Origin: Octopus sinensis
Lineage: Eukaryota
Length of the DNA stretch: 64,000 bases
NCBI RefSeq assembly: GCF_006345805.1
Contig: NC_043002.1
Location: 22,630,001 to 22,694,000 of the forward strand
Reading direction: 5' to 3'
In this document: positions 12,745 through 26,460 of the stretch, piece after piece
How the letters are laid out: each line of letters starts with the position of its first letter
Position numbering within the stretch: position 1 is the stretch's first letter
Notes under the pieces: generated by a model
What the model saw: the letters and a program-made list of their open reading frames with translations, nothing else
The model's database searches: none
Told to the model about the DNA's origin: nothing
Program-made: the position numbers and the translations under genes

Positions 12745-12932
12745 GAGGGAGGGAGGGAGGGAAGGAAAGAGGAAGGAAGGAATGAACGAATGAAGGAAGG
12801 AACGAAGGAACAAAGGAAGGAAGGAACGAAGGAAGGAATGAACGAACGAACGAACGAAGGAAGGAACGAACGAAGGAAGGAACGAATGAAGGAAGGAACA
12901 AAGAAAGGAACAAAGGAAGGAAGGAATGAAGG
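12745..12932. repeat. (GAAG/GAAC)n purine microsatellite
   Basis: Direct reading. Confidence 0.9.
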
Positions 12933-13719
12933 AAGTCTTTTCTTCCTCCCCTTGTACCTTGAAGACAAACCCCACACTATCACTCGATCCCATAACAGTG
13001 ATTATGCTATATCCATTTATTTTAGAATCATAGCAAAGAGAACAAATGCTTCCTTGCCTGCCAAGGAGAAAAGGCAACCCAAGCTGTCTCAAAACCTGGA
13101 CAATGCAAACAAGCTTGAATAGCACATGGGTGGAATTCTACCCAAATGATTACATAGTAGAGATGGGAGAGTCTTTCACAAACCTCAGAGTAGGTCACTC
13201 AGCTATGAAAGAGATAACTTTCACCCTTTCATATGCAGGTTACTCTCTCAAATACAATGGTTATTTATTCACACTGTTTTCAGTTAATCATGTATTATCT
13301 TGCAGCTTCAGGATTTCAATGATGTGAGAGTTCATTTTTAAAATGACATTGTAGGATAAGCGTGAGAGGCCAGACCTGGTCAGTTTGAACATAAAACAAG
13401 TAGAATATCTGGGCCAGATGCTGCTGCTTTAAATGCTAAAGGGTTAAATTAAAACTACTACAAAGTGTTGATGTGTTGGTAATACGAATGGTAACCGGTT
13501 GAATCTGAACGGCATAACAAGGAGAACTGGGTAGAGGCAAGAGAAGTTAGAGGAGATTCTTAAGTCTTGCTGGAGAAAACCTCTTCATAAATGCACCCAG
13601 TCTGTGCTGTGAATTGGTTGGTGATGAGAAGATGAATGCAGGAGATGCAAAATGGAGAGAACTCTTTAGCTGCGTTGGAGACAAGCTATCAAATGTTGGT
13701 GAGACAATACAGCACATGA

Positions 13720-14008
13720 AGGTGCATGGTTCAGTGGTTAAAGCATCAGACCCACAATCATGAGGTAGTGAGTTTGACTCCTGGACTAGGCTATGTGTTG
13801 TGTTCTTCAGCAAGACGCTTTATTTCACGTTGCTCCAGTTCACTCAGCAGTAGAAATGAGTTGTGACGTCACTAGTGCCAAGCTGTATTGGCCTTTACCA
13901 TTCCCTTGGATAACATCAGTGGCATGGAAAGGGGAGCTTGGTATGCATGGGCGACTGCTGGTCTTCCATAAACAACTCTGCCCAGACTTGTGCCTTGGAG
14001 AGGAACTC
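13720..14008 (+). mobile_element. tRNA-derived SINE with GTGTTCTTGAGCAAGACACTTTATTTCAC core
   Basis: A-box TGGTTCAGTGG, B-box GTTTGACTCC. Homologues at ~57911-58250, 12535-12735, 16915-17135, 22480-22700(-), 22815-22990(-), 50230-50385(-). Confidence 0.7.
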
Positions 14009-15129
14009 ATAAACTTTATACAGTTCAAAAGGGATAAACAACCTTCAGTTAAACATTTATTAATGTTATATTGCCTGAAGAGATGAATCCATGAAGATGA
14101 TCAACATGATGCTACAGATACTACGGACTACACTGTAATCATCCCAGGAATATGGACTGTGGTCTTAAGAGACATGGGATTTGTGGAAACACATGTAGTA
14201 CTGCATTAAGTGTTTATAAATTCCATCCAAGAACTATTGTTACTACTACTGTATCTATCCTACATTATGTTGGTAGAGCTCAATGCAACCCCAAAAAACT
14301 GGTTCACCAATCAGCATCATTAAACTGTGGCCAGCTTTCATATTCAAAACGTTTCCTGTAAACAAATTTGAAAGACACACACATACACATACGTGTATGT
14401 GTGTGTGCGTAAAGGAAAAAAGGGGCACTCTGTCAGTTACGATGACAAGGGTCCCAGCTGTATGATCAACAGAAGAGCTTGCTCTGAAATTGACATGCAA
14501 GTGGCTGAGGACTCCACAGACACATGTATTCTTAATGTAGTTCTCCGGGAGATTCAGCATGACACAGAGTGTGACAAGGCTGGCCCTTTGAAATACAGGT
14601 ACTGCTCATCTTACGAACCAAGTGAACAGGAGCAATGTGAAATAAAGTGTCTTGCTCAAGGCTACAACACGTCACCGGGAATATATATCATCATCATCAT
14701 CATATTCACTTAATGTCTGCTTTCCATGCTGGCATGGGTTAGACAGTTTGACAGGAGATGGTCAGCTAAAGAGCTGCCCAGACTCCATATCTGTTGTGGT
14801 TTCTACAGCTGGATGCTCTTCCTAACACCAACCACTTTATAGAGTGTACTGTATACTTTTAACTCAGCCCTGGATCGGGTGCTTTTATGTGGCACCAGCA
14901 CAGGTGCTTTTTACGTGGCACTGTCACCCACAAGCCCACAAGATTATGAACACTCAGCTGAAGCAGGATACAGGGGACATCATACCAGTATGCAAGGATG
15001 GCCATATATTTACTTAGCTTTACATGTCTTCTCTAGCACAGTAAACTGCCAGAGGTCTCAGTCCCCTGTCACCCCTTCTGTGAGGCCAAACATCTGGTGA
15101 TCCTTTCTCACCACTTCATCCTGTATACT

Positions 15130-15535
15130 CTTTACTTTTTTACTTGTTTCAGCCATTTGACTATGGCCATGCTGAAGCATCACCTTTAGTCAAGCAAATC
15201 GACCCCAGGACTTATTCTTTGTAAGCCAAGTACTTATTCTCTCAGTCTCCTTTGCCAAACCGCTAAGTTACGGGGGTGGTAAGCACACCAGCATCAGATG
15301 TCAAGCGATATAAGGGGGACAAACACAGACATACAAACATATACACACACATACTTACACATATATACATATGTACAACAAGCTTCTTTCAGTTTCCGTC
15401 TAGCAAATTAACTCACAAGACTTTGGTCAGCCTGAGGCTATAGTAGAAGACACTTGCCCAAGGTGCTACACAGTGGGACTGAACCCGGAACCATGTGGTT
15501 GGTAAGCAAGTTACTTACCACACAGCCACTCCTAC
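15130..15535 (-). mobile_element. tRNA-derived SINE, family A (CORE-like centre, internal microsatellite)
   Basis: Reverse complement of the consensus best seen at 41292-41790. Confidence 0.8.
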
Positions 15536-15779
15536 ACCTTCATAACAAAGAAATAAATGATTAACATATGAACTTCATTAGCTTACAGCTGTCTCTGCTA
15601 TGAGATGCAGTGGGCTCAAAGTTGAGTGCCTGAGTAACACTTTTGTATATTAGATATATATATATTATGTGTGAGTGTGTGTGTTTGTGTGTGTTAATGT
15701 ATGTCAATGTACATGCATTCATACATACATATGTATCCAATCCACAAAGGCTATTGCTGTTGTTGTAATATGTTAACTT

Positions 15780-16624
15780 TTAACACTCACCTGCATAGCA
15801 TTTGCTATTTCCATGGCTATCTACCTTCATCCTTGTCTGTGTTACTGGTCTCCATAGCAGCTCCTTCGATGCAACAAACTCTACACAGTACATGTCTTTG
15901 CTTGGTGCCACGTTGCGTACAAAGCGAATTACAAGATCTTGAGGTGGGTGATCACATCTGAGTGCCTGGCGCACCCGTTTTTCAATATCTGCCTCGGGGT
16001 TGTCACCCTTGTAGAAGCAGTAGCAATAGACATGAGGCAGGAGGCACGTCCTCTGTTCCAGCGGAGACACTACGGGGCTGGTGACAGGGATATCGCTGCA
16101 CATGGACTGAAAGACATCTAAGAATTCAACAGCAATGGCAGGTAGATTCATGACAATGTGGAACGCAGGAGAAGTCCAATTTTTTGTGAAGGCAGCATTG
16201 CCAATGTCTGTGCAAATACCACCAACAACAGCACCAATAATACCTCCACCACTATTACAACCTCCAATGTTGTCACCAACAGCTTTTTCATTACTATTAT
16301 CAGTGTAACTGACATTACTGCAATCCACACCGCTGTGGATAGCTTCTGCATCAATCAGTTGTAACCATCGACAACACATGTCCTCCTTCACACTGTTTCT
16401 GATGAACTTCCGACCATCCAGGTTGTAGGCACAGAAGTCAGATTTGATCCTGTTCATGGCTGCATTGTGCACAAGGGATTTGTATGACTCAGGATTCAGG
16501 TCATTGGCTAGCACAACACACCCCTTTTTTGCTGCAGGGATGGCAAATGGACCTACACCAGCAAACACATCATACACCACGTCACCCTTCTCTAATTTTG
16601 ACACAATCCTCTCATGTTCCATGG
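15780..16624 (-). CDS. TRMT5: TRMT5 coding exon 4 (SAM-binding methyltransferase domain)
   Basis: Acceptor tttctttctctttgcag| at 16625; motifs GDVVYDVFAGVGPFAIPAAKKGCVVLANDLNPES, HIVMNLPA, VRNVAPSKDMYC. Strong donor G|gtgagt after 15791 suggests another exon; otherwise TAA at 15780-15782. Confidence 0.95.
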
Positions 16625-19600
16625 CTGCAAAGAGAAAGAAAGAAAAATAAGCTCAGGTTCAATACACACTTCTTTTTTATACAGAAACTAATCTGAAAAA
16701 ACATTCAACATAATGTTGGCCCTAAACAAACCCATTTTTACCTCTGGGAACAGGTGATCCATATTAGTCTGGTCTGTATCCTTTGACCTGTCCAGCATGG
16801 GAAACCCTACTAAGAGACTGTTGCTGGCAATGCTCTCAGGGTTACTGAGGTATACTGGCCACCATACCACAACAAAGATTGGATCTTGTGGTGGAACTAT
16901 ATCTGTATATATATGAGCCAAAAGTGGAGTACATGGCTTAGTGGTGAGGGTGATCATAAGATTGTGGTTTCAATTCCTGGACTGAGCAATGCAATGTGTT
17001 CTGGAGCAAAACACTTCATTTCACGCTGATCCAGTAAATTCAGCCGGTAAAAATGTGGAGTCCAGCAATGGACCGACGTACTGTCCAGGGAGGAATATAT
17101 ATACATCAGAGAAACCAGGAAACTAGCCCTATGCTCCTTACAGAATAATGTGGATTAACCATATAAGTCAAAAATGCAGTGAATTGGCAGAGTCCTGCCT
17201 TGTGGTATTAGTTCCAAATCTCTTGGCTCTGAGTTCCACTCATGCCAAAGTCAACTTCACCGTTTATCTTATTTTTACAGGATCAAAAATGAACCAATCT
17301 GGGATAAGGAATTAGTGAAATTGTTAAAGGATCAGATAAAATGTCTGTTCCAGCCTTTTGTGTTGTAGCAGCAACTCATGAGATGACATGGAGTATCAAC
17401 CCAAGTCAGCAGCTTTTCCTTTAAATAAACTTTGAAAGTGTGGAGAGAAGAGATTTGCAACCATGATGGAACACAGTGAGAGAGCATCAGCAACAGCACA
17501 CTGCAATAATGCGATCTGAGCGGCGACCTCTAATTCAAAAGATGAGAGAAGGATGGATCCCAAAGGCACCAAACTTCGATAGGAGATCCCACAGCAAACA
17601 CAGTTGAAAAATTTGCTGCATCCTTTATCAAAGTACACAGTACGATCTTTCATTTAGGGCTTTAGGCAGAAGCAAAAGTATAAGCTAAAAGATTGGATAG
17701 TGAAGACTTAACTAAAAATACACTTCATAGATACTCCTAGCTGTGTTTACATGAGACAAACCTCCAACCTCTCAACTGGTATCTTAAAATTCCGGTTATT
17801 TGTTCGCTTTTTGTGTCCAAACACAAAACAGCAAACAAGTGTACGGAATATCGATACGAAATTTGTTTCAAGGGAAACAACTCTGTTGTTCTTGTGTATG
17901 AGTTACTTCCCTTGATACGTTAAATTTTTTTTTTCTTTGCTTTTGATATTATGTATATCAGATATCTTAAACATTAAAGCTAAAGATTTGAAGAGGAGGA
18001 TTGATTTACGATCTTGTACTCGACTTGTACTTTAATTTATCGACTACGGTAACATGATAGGTTAAATTGACCTCAATGAGAAATGAATTTAGACGCTAAA
18101 GTGCTGGAACAAATATTACAAGATATTTTTTCACTCTCCGGTACAAAGGAGTCCGTTATTATTATCATCGATAAACCCATACTTTTCCATGTTTACATAG
18201 GCCAGACAGAATTGCTATAGAAACTCTGCATAGCCGGATGCCCTTCCTATTACCAACCTTCATATATTTCCAAGCAAGGTAATATTTTTACATGAATAGA
18301 CATGTTTCTCGTAGAAAACTGGACATAAACAACACTGGTTGTAGGGTGGTGATACTCTTTCTTTCTTTTTCTTTTTACTTGTTTCAGTCATTTTGACTGC
18401 GGCCATGCTGGAGCACCGCCTTTAATCGAGCAACTCGACCCCGGGACTTATTCTTTTTGTAAGCCCAGTACTTATTCTATCGGTCTCTTTTGCCGAACAG
18501 CTAAGTGACTGAACCAAAGATTATATGGTTGGGAAGCAAGCCTCTATAACCACACAGCTATGACTACAGTTATTTTTAAAACATTTTTTGAAAATATTTT
18601 TAAAACTTCAGGAAATCCTAACTAATGGTTAAACAATTTGTTATTCATAATTTTTTACACACAAGTTATACATATGCCAAAACAGGCCTCACCGGTGCTG
18701 GTACTACATGAAAAGCACTTAGTAGTCCATTCTGGTTGGTGTTAGGAAGGGCATCCAGCCATAGAAATCCTACCAAAACAGACAGTGAAGCCTGGTTCAG
18801 TCTTCTGCCTAGCCAGCCCCTGTCAAACATTCCAACTCATGCCAGCATGGAAAATGGACGATAAACGGTGATGAGAATGATGAAGTTCGTTAGTTCATTT
18901 TACATCCATTTTATCATGCTAGCAAGGGTTAGATGAATATATAATCAAAGTAATGTTTTACAGCTGGATACTTTTCCCTGTCAATAATAACCCCCTTACT
19001 AGTCTTTCAAGTCAGGGATCTCTTTTTTATATGTCTCTGAGGGTGCAAGGCAAGTGGAAGATTTGTTGCAAAGGGATGTGAGAGAATCACCATTTATTGT
19101 TCGTAAATTCTATGGAATGCAAATGCAAATAAACACACAAGACACAAACATACACAAGGAGCTTCTTTCAGTTTCCATCTTCAGTCTTCCAAGTTCATTC
19201 ACAAGGCTTTGAGAAACTTGGAGAAAATGGAAGACACTCCTTGTCTAAGGTGTACCACAGAAAGGATGAACTGCAAAGTCAACCTTAACAGAATTTAACG
19301 ATAAGTTTAGCTGTACGGTAAAAAATTTGATTCCCAACCACATGGTTTCAAGTTCAATCTCACTGCATAGCACCTTGGGCAAGTATCCTTTACTATAGTG
19401 CTAGACCAACCAAAGCCTTGTGAGTGGAAACTGAAAGAAGCCTCTTGTGTGCATGTATGTTTGTATAAATACATATGTATGTGTGTGTGTGTGTGTTTGT
19501 TACTGTTTCCTTGCTTTGACATGTGTTAGTTGCAAGTTTCAGTCATGCAATCAGAGTACTTCATTTCCAACATTCCGTGTAAACATGTCTGGTCTGGTCT

Positions 19601-21066
19601 GATTGGAGGGAAATATTACCTTACTTGGAAATAATTTCATCCAACCCATGCAAGCATGGAGAAAAATGAAAGTTGAAACAACAAAAACGATGATGATGAT
19701 GATGATGATGAACAAGTGTTTCTAATATAGAAACAAGCACTAAGATTTGATGAGTTAATTAAATTGTAGCAATATTGTTTTCTTCATTGCTATCTTCAAT
19801 GTTTGAGAAAAATATTAAGAATGATCTCGTTTAAGATTACAAACATCTTTGGCTAGTTTAACATTGTTGTGTCCACTATTTTGATTGGTTAGCATCTAAG
19901 CGCGTTCTGTCTCTCTACTTACTTCGTGCCAGTGTGTAAACTGACCAATCACGGCTTTCGGATAGGACTTTTCATTTGAGCCATCTTAACTCTTTAAATA
20001 GGCTGATCATATCACGATTCACTGTCTTTTGGCTTAAGACTTTCTAAGGTCTTAGTCGGAGACCACACAGAGCATACTCAACCATGTTCCAGTTCGAAAG
20101 GCAGACGACAACCAAGCAAAACATAATATGAAGACGCTATTGTAAACCAAGCGACAGACATAACGTCATAACCAACATCGTCTCTATCTACGAAGATTTA
20201 ACTGTACACAAGATAAATACAGATTCAACTCATGCTGTTAGTGTGAAAATCTCACCACGGAAAAACAGTTGCAGTATATATATCTGGAAGAATATCTATA
20301 TCAAGAGAAAATATGCACAACAAGTGACTCAACTAATCTCCGCTCCGAGACTCAAATCTTGTATAGAACTCATTATCATGTACAACATGAACTGGTAAAA
20401 TAACTCTAAAGTAACTTCATTTAAACTCAAAATGTTGAGACTTCTCTCATGCTCTATTGTATTTGCATAAACCTTATTTCTGTACTTTTGTTGCACACAC
20501 GAACACACAGACACAAATATATTAAGCATGCATCCATGACACAACACTACGCTAATAAAAACAAATCACTTTGTACACTGTGAAATAAATCTATCTTCTC
20601 TTTATAAAAGTAGGATGGTTTTTGGCGTTCCTTTATACATTTACTTTGGCACTGTATATTAAACATGTATTATGGCTTACATTACGTTATATTATGTTAT
20701 GTTGGAATGCGGCCGGACGCTGTTGAACAAGAGGAGAAAATATGTCACCAAAACTCCCTCTCGTGCGGTCGTATTCTAAACAAAATTAACCCCAGTATTT
20801 GACTAGCATCTTATTTTACTGACCCCAACAGAAAGAATGAAAGCCTGGGTTGACTTCAGTAGGAGTTGAACCCAGAATATAAAGAGCCAGGACAAATACA
20901 ACAAGGCATTTTGTTCAATACTTTAATGACTTTGCCAACCCACTCTTTATCAGCCAACTCATATTCAATGATAATTGTTACTAATTTAGGCAGACAGTCA
21001 GTAATTTTATGGGGAGAATTAAGTAAATTATATCAACCCCAGTGTTCAAATGGTATTTTATTTTAA

Positions 21067-21288
21067 CCCCTTAGATACCAACCTGGCTGAAACCGCCCGT
21101 GGATCTATAGTACAAATGTCTTGTTTCCATAAGTTTTGAATTAAAATCTTCCACCAAACCTTAGTCACAATTTATGTTCCTAACACTAGCTTAATGATAA
21201 CTAAGTTATTTTACTAAATTCTTTGTTATATTTAAAATTAATTGAAAGAAACACAGAGCATCTCAACAGAAATATGGTAACAAAAGGG
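21067..21288. mobile_element. piggyBac-like MITE with TTAA target duplications
   Basis: TTAA-CCCCTTAGATACCA ... TGGTAACAAAAGGG-TTAA. Other TTAA/AAGGG-ended fragments near 1625-1800, 13250-13447 and 29330-29457. Confidence 0.6.
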
Positions 21289-22088
21289 TTAATGGCTCTG
21301 AAAGGATGATAGGCAAAAAATCAACTTTAGTAGAATTTAAACTCTATAAAGAACAGGAACAAATGCTGCTAAGTATTTTTTTTGATGATCTTTGCCAGGG
21401 CCATGGATTGGTTCCTGTGCCGGTGACACGTGAAAAGCACCACTTGAGCATGATCGTTGCAGGCATGTGAAAGACAACATTCGAGTATGGCCATTGCTAA
21501 AGCTGCCAGACTGGCTCCCGTGCAAGTAACATGTAAAAACACCTTTTGAGCATGGTTGTTGCCAGAACTGCCTGACTGGCCCTCGTGCCAGTGGCACATA
21601 AAAAGCACCCACTACACTCTCAGAGTGGTTGGAGTTAGGAAGGGCATCCAGCTGTAGAAACTTTGCCAGACCAGATTGAGCCTGGTGCCACCTTCTGGCT
21701 CACCAGTCCTCAGTCAAACCGACCAACCCATACCAGCATGGAAAGCAGATGTTAAACGATGATGATGATGATGTCTAATAATTTTGCCAGTTCACTCCCA
21801 TAGCAACAACAATCCCTCCTAACTTTGGCACAAGGCCAGCAATTTTGAGGGAAAGAAGCAAGTTGATTGCATCAACCCCAGTACTTACAGGTATTTGTCT
21901 TGTTAACCCTCAAAAAAATGAAAGGCAAAGTCAACCTTGATGAAATTTGAACTCTGAACATATGAGACAAGAAGGAATGTTGCTAAGCATTTTGCCCGAT
22001 GTGCTAACTGTTCTGCCAGCTCACCACCTTAGCAACAGCAACAATAATAGTCTCAACAAGAACATAATGGATGAATATATTTACTCAC

Positions 22089-22277
22089 AAAGTCTGGAAT
22101 TCCAGTAAACCTTTGAAAAATCAAATTGGTAGATACATTTATTCTCTCGGACAGTGGCATAGAAATCGTCTTCTCCAGCCAACAGCTCCATCTGGAAATT
22201 GCGGAAGGTATTGTCAATAATATTGGTCTTGTTAACTACTGTCCTCACACTTGGTACCTTGTCCAAAATAACTTGTC
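22089..22277 (-). CDS. TRMT5: TRMT5 coding exon 3
   Basis: ttttggcttgcag| acceptor, T|gtgagt donor, 189 nt, phase 1-1; (G)[35 protein letters not shown]...[12 protein letters not shown]. Confidence 0.95.
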
Positions 22278-23059
22278 CTGCAAGCCAAAAATTACAAAAA
22301 GATAAACAAAAAACGTTAACAAAGAAACAAACAAATAAATAATGATTTAAGTACAAGAACACAGATATTTTATGGGTACAGGGGTAGATATAGTTGATTA
22401 TATGAGACCCAGGACTCATAAGGGTAGAGCTTAATCTGGTTTCCATCAGGTAAAAAAAGAAAGGTAAAAGTTACCTTCTCAAGTCATGCCAACTCATAAG
22501 GGCCAGCTCCCTGGTTTCCTGGCATATATACTCACCACCTGGACAGGACGCAGGATTACTCACTTCTGCCAGCTGAGTGGACTGGAGTAACGTGAAATGA
22601 AGTGTTTTGCTCAAGAACACAATGTGTCACCTAGCTCAGGAACTGAAACTACAATCTTATGATTACGAGTTCAACACACTAACCACTAAGCCATGTGCCA
22701 CCACATGGGTATAGGGGTAGATATAGTTGATTATATGAAACCCAGGACTGATAAGGACAGAGCTTAATTTGGTTTCCATCAGGTAGAAGTTAATGAGATT
22801 ATAATAGGGTGGTAGTCCATCACAGGGGTTAACTTTCCAGCTATTACTTGAACTCATTTACATCAGAGTGAAGTGGAGCAACATGAAATGAAGGGTTTTC
22901 TCAAGAACACAAAGCACCACTCAGCCTGGCGATTTGAACCCATGATCGCAAGATCAGGAGTGCAACACCTTAACCACTCAGCCATGTGCTTTCTTAACTA
23001 ATACTTCTATCACCAACCCTTGGAAAATTGAAAATCAAAATCGAAGCTGCCTTTGATGT

Positions 23060-25612
23060 GATTTAAACCATGCCAGAAAACAGGAAAGATGGCTGCTTAT
23101 AAATGCAAAAAGTTTTCCCATGTGAAGAATGCATCCCTCCCTCAACATAGGTTAGTCATTAGTGACTCCAGAATCAGGGCTAAAAGGCTTCCAAGAAGAC
23201 AACCTGTGTGGAAAAGAAAGGTCTGGAATCTTAAGGGTCCTCTGAATGGCCAAAGATTTAGAGACATGTTACTTGAAGCATTTAATGAAAAAGAGGATTT
23301 GGAGGCATATAATGTGGAGGACAACTGGAGATTCCTAGGGGATAACCTGCTGAGGGCCACTGACCAAATTTTTGACTGATGCATTCCCTTCTCAACCTAG
23401 GGTGACATGGTTGTGGAACAGTGTAGTTGACAAGCCCATTAGAGAAAAGAATCAGGAGTGGAAGTGTGGTGGTAGCAGGGAACAGTATTATGCAGCCAGA
23501 AGGGAGGCTAGGAGACAGATATAGTTAGCCAGGAAAGAAGCAGAAAAGAAGAAGTTTGCCAATGTTCTGCAGTGTGACTTGAAGTGCTTCAGATTGCAAG
23601 ACTGTATGAGAGAAAATCATGATGTCATAGGAGAGAAATGTGTTTGCATGGATGATGGTTCACTTGCTTTTAGTAATTCTGCAAAGAGGCTTGAAAATGT
23701 CACTATGAAAGGCTGCTAAATGTAGAGAATACATGGGACAAGGAGAGTCTGCCTACTGTCAACCCAAATGAGAGACCAGCTATCTGAATTGACAGTAGCT
23801 CAGTAGATAAAGCAATTAGAGATGTGAAGACAGGGACTATCAGGAATCACTGCTGAGAAGCTTAAAATATCTAGCAAAGTAGTCACCTGTATTGTTAATC
23901 AGGTAGTCCACAAGGGAGCCATACCCAACGATTGGTGTAACAGCATTATAGTCAACTGCTACAAAGCAAAGGTGATGCCTTAGACAGAAATAACTAGAGA
24001 AATCAAATTGCTGGACCAGTTGATGGAAGTCACAGAAAGGGTCATAGCTCAATTAATTAGGAAGAGAGTTAGCATAGATGAGATGCAGTTCAGATTTGTG
24101 CCAGGTAGAAGCACAACTGATGCTCTACTCCTGATAAGGCAACCACAGGGGGAATATTCGGCCAAAAATAAACCTCTGTATTTGGCTTTTGTCGACATGG
24201 AGAAAGGTTTTGACAGGGACCCCTGCTCCCTTATCTGGTGATCAATGCAGAAGCTAGGGACAGATGAGTGGTTAATGAGAGCTGTGGAAGCCATGTACAG
24301 GGATGCTGCCAGTAAGGTGAAGGTTGGCAATGAGTATAGCAATGAATTCAGTGTACAGGTAGGAGTTCACCAAGGATCAGCCGCCCCTTGCTTATCTTCC
24401 AGGCCTTAAGAGGAATTCAAGATCGGCTACCCCTGGGAGCTCCTCTATGCTGATGGCATAGCTCCTCTGTGCTAAATCTCTACCTGACATAGAGAAGAAA
24501 TTTCAAGTGTGGAAGCAAGGCCTAGAATCTAAGTGCCTTAGAGTTAATTCAGCAAAAGCCAAGGTCCTAGTAAGTAGGAAATCAGACAAACCACAAGTCC
24601 CTACAGGGAGATGGCCCTGCTTGATGTAAGAAAGGTGTTGATACAAGCTCCATACAGTGTACCCAGTGCAAGCATTGGACACATAAGAGGTGTAGTGGAA
24701 TCCCAGGAAGGGCAATGGAGAAAATAGTCTCTGTGTGTTGAAAATGTGCAGGTACAATATGCACCAAAAATGCACAGATAATAGACTACCTCAAACACAT
24801 GGGGGATCATTAGAAGTAATAAACAGCTTCTGTTACCTAAGCAACCGAGTTAGTAAAGGAAGAGGAAGTTCTGAAAGTGTAGCTGATAGAATAAGAACAG
24901 GCTGGACAAATGTTCATAGAGCTTCTAACTTTGTTAGTAAATAAGGGCCTCTCCCTAAGAGTGAAAGGCAGACTGTATGATGCCTGTGTACACACAGCTA
25001 TGCTACATGGCAGTGAAACATGGGCTTTAACTACAGAAAACTTGCAAAGACTTGAAAGAAATGGAGTTAGCATGCTCTGCTGGATGGGTGGTGTCAGTGT
25101 GCACACATGACAGAGTGTAAATGAGTTACGAGGAAAACTGGGTGTAAGATGTGTGCAAGAGAGAAGACTGCAAGGGTTTGGTCATGTGATGCTTATGGAT
25201 AAGGACAACGGCATAAAGAAGTGCTGAGCTCTAATTGTGGAGGGAATCTGTGGAAGTGGTAAACCCAGGAAGACATGGGATGAAGTGGTGAGAAGGGATC
25301 TTTGGACACTGGGCCTTACTGAGGAAATGACAAGGGACCGAGAGTTGTGGCAATTTGCTGTACTTGAGAAGACGTGTCAAGCTAAGTAAAATCATTGTCA
25401 TCCATCCATACATACAAGCTTGTCCTTTACAGGTGCTGGTACTGCATAGACGTACCCATGCTGGTGGCATGTAATAAGCACCCAGCACACTCTGTGAAAT
25501 GGTTAGCAGAGAAACCATGTCACAACAGACAACAGAAGCCTGAACAGCTCCTGTCAAACATTCCATCTATGTCAGCATGGAAAATGAGCACTAAACGATG
25601 ATGATGATGATT
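23060..25612 (+). mobile_element. 5'-truncated, decayed RTE-clade LINE
   Basis: End of APE endonuclease (QHRLVISD), RT motifs (QFRFVPGRSTTDA, YLAFVDMEKGFDR, GVHQGS, LLYAD), C-terminal GKPRKTWDEVVRRD, 3'UTR and (GAT)n tail; many stops and frameshifts. Confidence 0.9.
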
Positions 25613-25879
25613 TCAAAATTTAGACACAAACCCAGCAATTTCAGGGGAGGGAGTAAGCTGATCACATTCACCCCAGTGTTCAACTGGTACTTATTTTATC
25701 AACCCTGAGAGGATGAAAGACCAAGTGAACCTCGACAAAATTTGAACTCAGAATGTAAAGACAGAAGAAATACCAAGCATTTTGCCTGGCATGCTAACAA
25801 CTCTATCAGCTCGCCACCATAATGATGATGATGATGATAACGAAGACCACGGCAACAACAACAATAATAATAATAATAC

Positions 25880-26460
25880 ACCCTGATGCAGTACCAGGCA
25901 GTGGCTCTCGTGGCTTCTGATCTTAACTGACTGGAAGTGTTATCATGTACATTGTTTTGTCTTGGTATGAAAGACAGGCTACAGCAAATATTCCGCTCAA
26001 TACCACAGATTTGCTTGTCAGTTGTTTGACCGTAACCAGTTGAGCAAGTCCTTTAGTGGCTGACGATATGTGCATCTCTGATCATGAGCAGAAGTAGTGG
26101 GGGAGCATCATAGCCGTGTGTTGAAAGGAAGTCTTAGAGGTTTGGATAATTCACCTCTGGAAACATAGGTGGTTCGTTCAACATCCTTAAACAATCTTTA
26201 TTCAGAGACCTTTTGAGCGGGATGGGCTACTCGACCAGAAGAAAATTCTAACTGAGATCACCTGCAAGGTCATGCGCTGTTTATCTTGATATGAGATCAC
26301 CATGTCGCGCACATATGGGTGTGATGCATGTGCCTAGTGTACTCTTATCAGACGGGTAGTCATGATGGGTATACTGGGCTTTGTGTATTTTACCCCAGTG
26401 TCACTTTGATGGCATGCACTGCTCTCTCACTCAATAATAATAATAATAATAATTATAATA
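25880..26460 (+). mobile_element. ~550-bp dispersed repeat flanked by (AAT)n on both sides, copy 1
   Basis: Closely similar to 27415-27900; ends CTCTCTCACTC-(AAT)n like a retroposon tail. Confidence 0.7.

Noticed and set aside
14060-14087. Candidate TRMT5 exon 5 after ctcttcag (GNITLINV*)
   Set aside because: Very short, no similarity to TRMT5 C-termini, chance-level acceptor; a second candidate near 13095 was equally unconvincing.
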